DNA from: a virus
Length of the DNA: 64,000 nt
IMG/VR virus record: IMGVR_UViG_3300016472_000923
Reading direction: 5' to 3' (one strand)
In this document: piece by piece, positions 46,969-55,296 of the stretch
Numbering within the stretch: the stretch's first letter is position 1
How the letters are laid out: every line of letters begins with the position of its first letter
Position numbers and translations under genes: made by a program
Notes under the pieces: model-generated
The model's database searches: none
Seen by the model: the letters and a program-made list of their open reading frames with translations, nothing else
Told to the model about the DNA's origin: nothing

Positions 46969-47572
46969 TCTGGGCGTAGAGTTCGTCAAGTGTGCCATCA
47001 TTGGCGATCACTTTGTCAAATTTCGTTCCGATCCAGGCAGTTTCGCTGGCGTGGATACCTCGCTGCCGCAAGGCTTCTTTTGGATCCCCGTATGCCCAGT
47101 GACGATCGCTGTTGGCAGCCAGTGCCGCATCGTACCAATCAGGCTCAGGGCCGCGGGTGACACGGATCACATAGCCTCCCTGTTTGCGGATGGCTCTAAT
47201 TTCATTGGGAAATCTGCAGTCGGAAATCACCACATCATCTGAAGTTTTGCGCAGTTTGTTTTCTAAACTAGCGATCCAAATGTCATCATGGAAAGCACTG
47301 CGGCATACTTCTGTACCCCAATGCTGCAGGATATATCGAGGAGTGATCACCCGGTCCAGTCGTTGACTCCACCACTCGTCGGGCTGCTCGCGCCACTCGC
47401 GGCTGCTTTTGCTACGCCCTTCCAGCATGTCTCGATCCCAACCAAAAACCGCAGCACAAGCATCTTTTAGGGTGGCTGCGAAACTGTCCCTGCGGAATTC
47501 GTGGATGTTCACTAGATAGTCTGCTATGGTATCCTTGCCCGAACCAATCAGGCCACATACTCCAATGATCAT
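46916..47572 (-). CDS. gp1: Deoxynucleoside monophosphate kinase
   Basis: GLIGSGKDT, SFA..LK, TPRYILQHWGTE, SDCRFPNE, HASE. Confidence 0.92.
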   Translation of the reverse strand: MIIGVCGLIGSGKDTIADYLVNIHEFRRDSFAATLKDACAAVFGWDRDMLEGRSKSSREWREQPDEWWSQRLDRVITPRYILQHWGTEVCRSAFHDDIWIASLENKLRKTSDDVVISDCRFPNEIRAIRKQGGYVIRVTRGPEPDWYDAALAANSDRHWAYGDPKEALRQRGIHASETAWIGTKFDKVIANDGTLDELYAQITDLVQDLRAAKIHLAA

Positions 47573-48054
47573 TGTACTGTCTCCTCTAACCATTCTTTGC
47601 ATTGCGGCCATGACCGATAGATATGGGCGCGGCCGCCGGCGCTGATCCATTCGTGGCAATTGCTGTCGCGATCATCTATCAAGATGTCGCCTGGGCGACA
47701 GTGCCGCCATTTGTCATGGCTGAATGGACCAAAAAACACCGGTACGCCGGGGAAATAGTGATTGGCCCACCATACCTTGTCCTGGGCAGCATAGGGCATG
47801 CTGTAATCATGAGGCAGAGCAGTCAGGAAAAATATTTCGTCTGTACCAGAGCGGCATCGAGACTGGATCCACTCGACCAGATCCATGGCTCCGGGTTTAA
47901 GTGGCAGGTTATAGTAGAATCTTTGATTTTGTCTGATCTTTTGCCAATCAGAGTCCGGTATGCGCTGCCCGTAATCCCAGTCTCGAGCCACTATGGATTT
48001 GGCATAACCCATCCAGTCGGCGACAACATCATCCATGTCAACGAAATAATTCAA
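47569..48054 (-). CDS. HAD-family 5'(3')-deoxyribonucleotidase
   Basis: FVDMDDVVAD, FLTA, DK..W, LIDD; TTG start with SD AAGGAG. Confidence 0.88.
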   Translation of the reverse strand: MNYFVDMDDVVADWMGYAKSIVARDWDYGQRIPDSDWQKIRQNQRFYYNLPLKPGAMDLVEWIQSRCRSGTDEIFFLTALPHDYSMPYAAQDKVWWANHYFPGVPVFFGPFSHDKWRHCRPGDILIDDRDSNCHEWISAGGRAHIYRSWPQCKEWLEETVQ

Positions 48055-48581
48055 ACCAACTCCTTGATCTTCAGGTACTCCAAAGTATCCCATAGCAGAT
48101 CTATCTGCCGGCGACAATCTTCTAATGCATGGTGACTGGCTGGGTATTTGTTCAACCCGGGACAGAGTCCGTACACTGTACGAGCATCTCTGACTTTGAA
48201 ATACTGCCAGGGCAGCACTATGTTGTAGCTTTTGTAGGCGTGTTCCAGGATGTTCATATCAAATGTGGGACCATTTGCCCATACTCGATTGCATTGCCAG
48301 GTCAGCCGATGTAACTCTTCCAAGGCCTGTTTTAACGGAATCCGTCCTTCGGGACTGAACGCTTCTTCTTGTGCCTCTCGTGGCTGGGTGGCCCACCATT
48401 CTATGGTACCTTGGCTGATGTTGCGGTCGGGTTGGCTGTCGGGATCGACCCTGGCATAGTACCAACGATCGCTGTATCCATCGGTGCGTTGTAAAGGATC
48501 AAAGACCTGGGCAGCGATGGTCAGGATGCAGGCGTCCACGCCAGTGCCACAGGTTTCAATATCAATCATTATGTCAGCCAT
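48051..48581 (-). CDS. DEDDh 3'-5' exonuclease (DexA/Rv2179c-like)
   Basis: MIDIET, WANGPTFD, RDART, HHALED. Confidence 0.9.
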   Translation of the reverse strand: MADIMIDIETCGTGVDACILTIAAQVFDPLQRTDGYSDRWYYARVDPDSQPDRNISQGTIEWWATQPREAQEEAFSPEGRIPLKQALEELHRLTWQCNRVWANGPTFDMNILEHAYKSYNIVLPWQYFKVRDARTVYGLCPGLNKYPASHHALEDCRRQIDLLWDTLEYLKIKELV

Positions 48582-48624
48582 GCTGACATTTTAGCATAGA
48601 TTTTGAGTTAATACTAGATGATTT

Positions 48625-49404
48625 TTAACCGATTACGAAGGTCAAAGGCTGAGAACCGTCGACATACAGTTTGAGTTCTTCCACGCATTTGTCTATCTGG
48701 GCTTGACCTTCGGCCTTCATCTGGGCACCATTCAGGGTCGATCCGCCTTGGGGACCAGCAATAGTGGCAAACTTTTCTCGAGCTTCGCCTATGATGATCT
48801 TGGCTGCGCCTGTCATGCAATCTCGGAACCACTGGCTGATTTGGTAATCAGCTAGTAGCGTGATTTCGGGTTTGAGATTGTAGGTCCACAGCAGAACAGT
48901 TTCGCCCGACCCGCGAGGATCACGGATCAGTTGCAGTTTTTTTGTCACAGGGTTCCAGGTATAGTTGATATAGCCGCCAAACATACGAGCAGCCAGTTCC
49001 ACATACTGCTGATAGAAGTCATAGGTGGCCATGCCACCGGTGCTTTGATTGAAGTTCAGTAGGTAAACATTCAAGGTGGCGGCCCCAAACGGATCAAAAC
49101 TGTAACCGCCCGAACCAGTGATACCGATGGTGCGCCGGAAGATCTGGCGGACCTGCATGACTTCCTGCGGCAGGTAATACTCGTTTTGTCCTTCGATCAA
49201 CTGCATGAAACTGTAGCTCTCTTCGTAGGCGTTTTGGGCCCGCTGGCGATAGATACCCAGGGTGCGCTGATAAGCAGCCTCGTAGTGGCTGGGATCCAGC
49301 TCTAGATCGATGATGTAGTCGCCCAGTTGCAGTTGTACATATTCTATCAACTGCTTTTTCAGTGGGTCGAGGCTGTCGTTGAGTGGGTTCTGACCATTGG
49401 CCAT
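48625..49404 (-). CDS. gp13: Neck/head-adaptor protein (gp13-like)
   Basis: LQLG..IDLEL, GEAREKF, GPQGG..LNG. Confidence 0.8.
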   Translation of the reverse strand: MANGQNPLNDSLDPLKKQLIEYVQLQLGDYIIDLELDPSHYEAAYQRTLGIYRQRAQNAYEESYSFMQLIEGQNEYYLPQEVMQVRQIFRRTIGITGSGGYSFDPFGAATLNVYLLNFNQSTGGMATYDFYQQYVELAARMFGGYINYTWNPVTKKLQLIRDPRGSGETVLLWTYNLKPEITLLADYQISQWFRDCMTGAAKIIIGEAREKFATIAGPQGGSTLNGAQMKAEGQAQIDKCVEELKLYVDGSQPLTFVIG

Positions 49405-49430
49405 ATCTGGGCTCCTTGCCCAGATATTTA
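49403..49430 (-). promoter_or_regulatory. Late promoter overlapping an RBS-sequestering hairpin
   Basis: The 10-bp stem ATATCTGGGC-AAGGA-GCCCAGATAT covers the SD and start codon; TAAATA (49425-49430) overlaps its 5' arm. Confidence 0.75.
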
Positions 49431-50579
49431 TCGGATCTTCAGCAGTATCAAGTTCTCGTTACCGCGACCATTGAACTTGACTTCGGTGGCTCGGATGTCC
49501 TTGAAAAACTTGCGGTGCTGTGCCACACCGCCCTGCAACAGAGCTCGGATCTGTTCTGCAGGCTTGCGTAGCGTTTTTTGTACACTGTTGGTAGGATCAA
49601 ACCCGATCAGCATGTTGTTTTTTACAGTAAACGATCCAGCATGGGTGTCTGCTACCACATAGATCAACTTGCGTTTCTTGCTATCATACAGCCAGGCTTC
49701 CTGTGCTTCTACTAATTTGGTCACAGGCTCAGATTTGAGTTTAAGCTCCGCAAATTCATCCTGATACTTGAACTTCTGTGTGAGTTTTTCTTTGCTCACT
49801 GGTTTTTTGGTCCTGGGCTTGCGTTCCACTTTCTTGATCTGTATATAACTGCCGCAGTCGGCGATCACGGTCTCGCAGAATTTGATCAGACTTCGCAGTT
49901 GTAGCTTGCCAAAGTTACTGTAACCTTCTACAAGTTGAGCATCTCGGCCCTTGGCCACTTCTTCCAGTTCCGCCACACGGCGTTTCCATGCGTCGGCGAT
50001 TTCGCCCACCATCTGCGGAGCCACATTCATACCGCGGATCACAGCCATGGGTTTGAAATCGGCGTTCATCTTGCCACCAGCATGCAGGACTTGGATCATC
50101 TCATCATACATGCCTTCGATCTCGCCTGCAGCCTCGCTCATCTTTTCACGCAATCGATCCTGGATGTTGGGCTTGGCTATCACTTCTTCGGCTGTGGCTA
50201 CCACTTCTTTGATTGCTCTGACTGTTTCTAAGTGCTCGGAGATGGTGTTGTCTAATCGCAATTCTTCATGCTCCAGCAGAACCAGGCCCATGGTGTTCAT
50301 ACGACACAACCAGCCAGTTTGATTAAGCACTGTGGCTTCAGGGACCTTGGCGAACAATTTGGCATCTCGTGGCCTATCGTGCCGGGTCAGCCAATCGATC
50401 ACGCACTCTTTGGCTTCTTTCTTGCCATAGTGATAGTTGTACCAAGTGAACGCACCTATGATGGCTCCTTGCCTGCTTTCGCTTTCGGGCTGGATGCGCC
50501 ATTCGGGCTCGTTGCCGGTATATTTGGTGTCGGCGCTACGGGGATTCATCGATTTGGGTGCTTTGACAATAGTAGCCAT
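49428..50579 (-). CDS. Hypothetical early protein (basic, helical)
   Basis: Start MATIVK with SD GGAG, behind a consensus sigma70 promoter. Confidence 0.7.
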   Translation of the reverse strand: MATIVKAPKSMNPRSADTKYTGNEPEWRIQPESESRQGAIIGAFTWYNYHYGKKEAKECVIDWLTRHDRPRDAKLFAKVPEATVLNQTGWLCRMNTMGLVLLEHEELRLDNTISEHLETVRAIKEVVATAEEVIAKPNIQDRLREKMSEAAGEIEGMYDEMIQVLHAGGKMNADFKPMAVIRGMNVAPQMVGEIADAWKRRVAELEEVAKGRDAQLVEGYSNFGKLQLRSLIKFCETVIADCGSYIQIKKVERKPRTKKPVSKEKLTQKFKYQDEFAELKLKSEPVTKLVEAQEAWLYDSKKRKLIYVVADTHAGSFTVKNNMLIGFDPTNSVQKTLRKPAEQIRALLQGGVAQHRKFFKDIRATEVKFNGRGNENLILLKIR

Positions 50580-50603
50580 GGGTTCTCCACTGTGATATGC
50601 GTA

Positions 50604-50632
50604 ATTATAGCAGGTCATTCTTTTCTGGTCAA
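50604..50632 (-). promoter_or_regulatory. sigma70 (early) promoter
   Basis: TTGACC-17-TATAAT. Confidence 0.85.
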
Positions 50633-50653
50633 CACACCCATAAATATACTACT

Positions 50654-52048
50654 ATGCCCAGATTATCCATGTGGCGTCCTAACAAGACGAACGATTACCG
50701 CTTTTTCGACCGTACTATTTCGGAGATGTACACCGTGGGTGGGGTGGATATCTACATCCACAAATACCTTGGCCCAAAAACTGGGGAAGGCGATTCAGTA
50801 GAAAGCGGAAACTACGATGCCACCCAGCCCAATTACTCAGTGGAAGATCCGTTGTTCATACAGGATCTCCTGCTGTTGGAAAATCGCGACAGGTCCTATG
50901 ATGCTGACATCTATCAGATGCGCGGAGTTTTCAATGTAGGTGATATAGACTTTGATCTCACGCAGTTTGGTTTGTTCTTGAACAATGATACCTTGTTCAT
51001 CACTTTCCATTACAACGATATGATAGACACCATTGGTCGCAAACTCATGAGTGGTGATGTGCTGGAGATTCCAAACCTCAAAGATCCCAACCCGTTGAAC
51101 GCTGCCATAGCCAAGGCCCTGCCCAAATATTATGTGATCCAGGACGCTGCCTATGCTGGGGAAGGGTTCGCTAGAGAATGGCTGCCGCACACCTGGCGTG
51201 TGAAAGCCACGCCCATGGTCAATGCCCAAGAGTATCAAGACATCTTGGACAAACCGTTTGAGACCACGAATATCTGGGATCCTATCAACTTCTATCCACA
51301 AGGCACCATCGTGCTGTCCGGCGACACATATTATCAAGCCAGGATTGACACACCCGTGGGCACAGACATCACCAATACGACCTATTGGCTCGAGATCACT
51401 GATCCCACAACTATCGCAGATGTAGATAGCACTCGCAACAAAGACCTACAGATCAACGATGCCTTGTTGGCGCAGGCCGAGATCGATGTGCCATTAAGTG
51501 GGTATGACACAGTTAAGTTTTATATCTTCCCTACCAACCCCGATGGTACTCCAGCAGATCCCAATTCAGTGACCATCGACAGCACCAATATTGATGTGGA
51601 CGCCACAGGAGTCAATGTTGCTGACGCGGCACAGACACCACAGGCCGACGGCTATACCATGGGATACTTGACTGGCGACGGCATCGCACCCAATGGTCTA
51701 CCTGTGACACCAGGCATATCGTTTCCCACTAATCCCCAGCAAGGAGCATATGCCCTGCGCTTGGATTATTTTCCAAATCGACTGTTCCGTTACGACGGTC
51801 GGCGCTGGATCCATATCGAAGATGCGGTGCGCACCGATCTCAGCAATGGGCCGCTTAACAATACCCTGCGTAGCAGTTTCGTCAACAATACATACACAGT
51901 GAGCACAACAGATCTTGGCAACATACCCAGCCGACAGAGCTTGAGTGAGTTGCTGAAACCTCGTGCCGACAACGGCGATGATGGTGGCTTCAAACCCGCC
52001 AACCCAAGACCAGGCACTTATCCTGGACAAAGAAACGACACGGACTAA
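50654..52048 (+). CDS. gp14: Neck/head-closure protein (gp14-like) with CBM-like insertion
   Basis: DLTQFGLFL, GDVLEIP; divergent from the gp13-like gene and upstream of the gp15-like gene; TAAATA at 50641-50646. Confidence 0.65.
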   Translation: MPRLSMWRPNKTNDYRFFDRTISEMYTVGGVDIYIHKYLGPKTGEGDSVESGNYDATQPNYSVEDPLFIQDLLLLENRDRSYDADIYQMRGVFNVGDIDFDLTQFGLFLNNDTLFITFHYNDMIDTIGRKLMSGDVLEIPNLKDPNPLNAAIAKALPKYYVIQDAAYAGEGFAREWLPHTWRVKATPMVNAQEYQDILDKPFETTNIWDPINFYPQGTIVLSGDTYYQARIDTPVGTDITNTTYWLEITDPTTIADVDSTRNKDLQINDALLAQAEIDVPLSGYDTVKFYIFPTNPDGTPADPNSVTIDSTNIDVDATGVNVADAAQTPQADGYTMGYLTGDGIAPNGLPVTPGISFPTNPQQGAYALRLDYFPNRLFRYDGRRWIHIEDAVRTDLSNGPLNNTLRSSFVNNTYTVSTTDLGNIPSRQSLSELLKPRADNGDDGGFKPANPRPGTYPGQRNDTD

Positions 52049-52051
52049 TCA

Positions 52052-53425
52052 ATGTCTCAACAATTTTTTTATGATGCCCAAATACGCCGGTTCCTGATAC
52101 AGTTTGCCAGGATCTTTTCAAACTTTTCGGTAGAATATGGTGGCACCAACCCTGACACACAGGCCCTGGTGCGTGTGCCCGTGAGATATGGTGATGCCAC
52201 ACGGCAGGCACAGACCATCATACAAGAGAACTCGGCCAGCAACATGCCGTCGACGCCGTTGATCACATTTTACATCACGGCCTTGGAATATGCCCGTGAC
52301 CGGCTGCAAGAACCTTATCATGTCAGCAAGGTACAAGTCCGGCAACGGACCTATGACACCAGCACTGATACCTACGAGACCACACAAGGCAATGCTTTCA
52401 CAGTAGAGCGGCTGATGCCTGTGCCTTATACCTTGACTTTGAACGCGGATTTTTGGACGAGCAACACCAATCAAAAATTCCAGTTAGTTGAACAGATAGC
52501 CACCTTGTTCAACCCCAGCTTGGAGATACAGAGCACTGATAACTATCTGGACTGGACCAGCCTGTCAGTGGTAGAACTTGAGCGTGTGAATTGGTCTAGC
52601 CGTGTCATACCAATGAACGCTGAAAATCCCATAGACATATTCACCATGACGTTTAAACTGCCGATCTTTATCTCTTCACCGGCCAAGGTCAAGAAATTGG
52701 GCGTGGTACAGAAGATCATCATGAGCATGTATGACGAAAACGGCGATGCCAACGAAGCCATACTCAACAACGACTTGCTTTTAGGTACCAGACAGAAGTT
52801 CACGCCTTACAACTTCCAGGCCTTGCTGATCGGCAACAAAGTACAGGCACTGAAGTACAGCCAGACTGTACCTGTGCCCAATGACAATACCACGCCACCG
52901 CAATCGCCGCCCAGCAACGAATTCTGGCAAGCTGTGGTCGGCATGTACGGAGTGTTGCGACCGGGCATCAGCCAGATCAGATTTGACAATCAATGGGGCG
53001 ATGACACACAGGTCATTGGCACAGTAAGCTATGATCCCACCGATGATCGATTCCTGTTGATCAATATAGACGAAGACACCTTGCCACAAAACACGCTGGA
53101 TCCTGTGGATGCAGTGATCAATCCCTTGACCGCTGGGCCTGGAGAAGGGCTACCTGCAGCAGTGGCAGGCCAACGGTATCTAATACTAGATGACATGGGA
53201 GGAGATACCACTGCCTGGGGCAACTTTGCCGGGGCTCGGGCCAATGACATCATCCAATATGATGGAGACTTTTGGTTTGTAGCTTTTGAGTCGGCAGACC
53301 AGACTACTAATGTAGAATTTGTAACCAATATCACCACCGGCTTGCAATACCGCTGGACTGGCACTGAATGGGTCAAAAGTTACGAAGGGCTGTATCCTTC
53401 GGGAGAATGGAGCCTGGTGTTGTGA
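52052..53425 (+). CDS. gp15: Tail sheath stabilizer/terminator protein (gp15-like) with C-terminal extension
   Basis: FFYD.QIRRF, VPVRYG, PVPY.L, EQIA.LFNP. Confidence 0.8.
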   Translation: MSQQFFYDAQIRRFLIQFARIFSNFSVEYGGTNPDTQALVRVPVRYGDATRQAQTIIQENSASNMPSTPLITFYITALEYARDRLQEPYHVSKVQVRQRTYDTSTDTYETTQGNAFTVERLMPVPYTLTLNADFWTSNTNQKFQLVEQIATLFNPSLEIQSTDNYLDWTSLSVVELERVNWSSRVIPMNAENPIDIFTMTFKLPIFISSPAKVKKLGVVQKIIMSMYDENGDANEAILNNDLLLGTRQKFTPYNFQALLIGNKVQALKYSQTVPVPNDNTTPPQSPPSNEFWQAVVGMYGVLRPGISQIRFDNQWGDDTQVIGTVSYDPTDDRFLLINIDEDTLPQNTLDPVDAVINPLTAGPGEGLPAAVAGQRYLILDDMGGDTTAWGNFAGARANDIIQYDGDFWFVAFESADQTTNVEFVTNITTGLQYRWTGTEWVKSYEGLYPSGEWSLVL

Positions 53426-53853
53426 ACGCAGTAGGCGTATGGTTTTACAGCATCAGCACCGACCGTTATCTTTATCTCATGCGAGATGATGCCAAGCACC
53501 CAGGATCGTGGGGATTGCCCGGAGGCAAAGCCGAGGCTGGCGAAAGCCTGTTGGTAGCGATGAAACGCGAGTGTGAAGAAGAGATTGGCGGTTTTCCAGA
53601 TTTCGTCAAACTCATCCCTTTAGAGATGTTTACCAGCGACGATGGTAGATTTAGATATCACACATTTTTCTGCGGCGTGGATGAGGAATTCATTCCTCGA
53701 TTGAACCATGAACACCATGGGTATGCCTGGATTGACAGCGACCATTGGCCAAAACCCTTGCACCCAGGACTGTGGTCTACTTTAAACTTTGATGCGGTGC
53801 AATCTAAAATCAAGTCTATCACCCAAAGCATGCAGGATCAGACATCGCAATAA
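53407..53853 (+). CDS. NUDIX hydrolase
   Basis: PGGKAEAGESLLVAMKRECEEEIG Nudix box; start uncertain (53407 or 53422). Confidence 0.9.
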   Translation: MEPGVVNAVGVWFYSISTDRYLYLMRDDAKHPGSWGLPGGKAEAGESLLVAMKRECEEEIGGFPDFVKLIPLEMFTSDDGRFRYHTFFCGVDEEFIPRLNHEHHGYAWIDSDHWPKPLHPGLWSTLNFDAVQSKIKSITQSMQDQTSQ

Positions 53854-54503
53854 CTGATCCAAGATCTGTAGTCTTGGCAGATGACATTGCGCAGTCTACG
53901 CCACTCCGGAGGCATGCGGCTTTCTACTCCTACCAAGATGAATAGTGTGGTATCATAAGCAGCCATGACCCGTCCAATATCTGCTACAGTGTGGTCGGTC
54001 AACCAAGGCGTATCAAGGCTGGCGCCCAATAAAAAGATTTCACGGTGGCCGTCAAATGCGGGAAGATACACTGCTGTGGCCTGGCTGTCCATCGATGGTG
54101 TCATGGGTATGAGATACAGGCGGCCGGGGTAAGTCAGTACAACCCTGGGTGTGGTATATACCGTGCATCGTTCTTCGTATCCTTGCGCGACCATGGCATC
54201 AATTTCAGATCTTTCTTTACCAATCCAAAAATCTAAAATCATGTCTTGCCAGATGCGGCCTGTGGCATAGGTCTGTAATCGTTTTTTACCAAGCAAGCCT
54301 CCACGATGCCGTTGCAATCTAGCGAAATCAAACAAGCCTCGATCCGCATCGCTAATTATGACTGCGGCACGACCTGAGATGTGATGATTTTCAATGGGAT
54401 TAGGAATCCACTCGCGGCTTTGTTGTTTCATACCACCGGACCAGCGTGTTTCTGTGACTAGAAACTCGCCGCTGTAATCACGGCGATAGCACGGCAATGT
54501 CAT
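53838..54503 (-). CDS. Hypothetical protein
   Basis: 221-aa ORF coupled to the upstream fibre gene. Confidence 0.55.
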   Translation of the reverse strand: MTLPCYRRDYSGEFLVTETRWSGGMKQQSREWIPNPIENHHISGRAAVIISDADRGLFDFARLQRHRGGLLGKKRLQTYATGRIWQDMILDFWIGKERSEIDAMVAQGYEERCTVYTTPRVVLTYPGRLYLIPMTPSMDSQATAVYLPAFDGHREIFLLGASLDTPWLTDHTVADIGRVMAAYDTTLFILVGVESRMPPEWRRLRNVICQDYRSWISYCDV

Positions 54504-55270
54504 AGTCGTCCTACTAAGACCTCTATGACACCAGGACCATCGCTATCATGATTTTCCAGGGCTTTGCCGATTATCACCCCCGGTTGATACAGTGGTGCGG
54601 GTAGCACACAGGCATGACCTGGCACATTACTGCTGCACAACACATCACCGCGATTGACATAGCCCACTACTTGGCAGGGCACACGGCCCAGCAAGGCCAC
54701 AGTGACCGCGGTAGGAGAATCTTCAGTAGCGTTCATTATCACCGCTGGTGCGGTGGATACTACACCGGCTATTTTAGTTGACGCTAGGCTTGAAGATTGT
54801 GTCACTTCTTGCTGACCACCAATCTCCAGCACTGTACCAGGTTCATAGATCTCATCCGCGATGTACCGTTCTGCGATGTCAGCGTATTGTGCAGATGTGG
54901 CCTTGGCAAATACAGTGTTGAAATAACCGGTGGCATTGCCAATATTGCCGGTGCCATTGGCTTGGCTGTTGACTATGCCAGCCGAAGTAAAAGCTGCTAT
55001 GCCTGATCCGCCCACTGTAATAGCGATACTGCCACCTGAACTCAACACTTTTACATTAGAAGTTCCATTGGATATAGAATCGGCGCTCAAAGTACCAATC
55101 TCAGCATCAACATAGGCCACAGTAGCGAGATTGCCGCCGCCACCGGCCGTGGTACCATCATGCACTCTCAGCGTCCAGTTGGTAGTGTCCACGGTAATCT
55201 CGCCCAAAGCACCAGTAAAGGCGTTGTTTTGTGTGGCAGTGCCTCGGCGATATTGTACTTGTGTGCTCAT
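54500..55270 (-). CDS. Short fibre protein: Mtd/hyaluronidase-like N-terminus and ADxAExY C-terminal domain
   Basis: VQYRRGT..FTGALGEITVDT..HDG; YADIAERY...LLGRVPC...IIGKAL; TAAATA at 55288-55293. Confidence 0.75.
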   Translation of the reverse strand: MSTQVQYRRGTATQNNAFTGALGEITVDTTNWTLRVHDGTTAGGGGNLATVAYVDAEIGTLSADSISNGTSNVKVLSSGGSIAITVGGSGIAAFTSAGIVNSQANGTGNIGNATGYFNTVFAKATSAQYADIAERYIADEIYEPGTVLEIGGQQEVTQSSSLASTKIAGVVSTAPAVIMNATEDSPTAVTVALLGRVPCQVVGYVNRGDVLCSSNVPGHACVLPAPLYQPGVIIGKALENHDSDGPGVIEVLVGRL

Positions 55271-55296
55271 TTTTTATTCCTTGCTGATATTTATGT

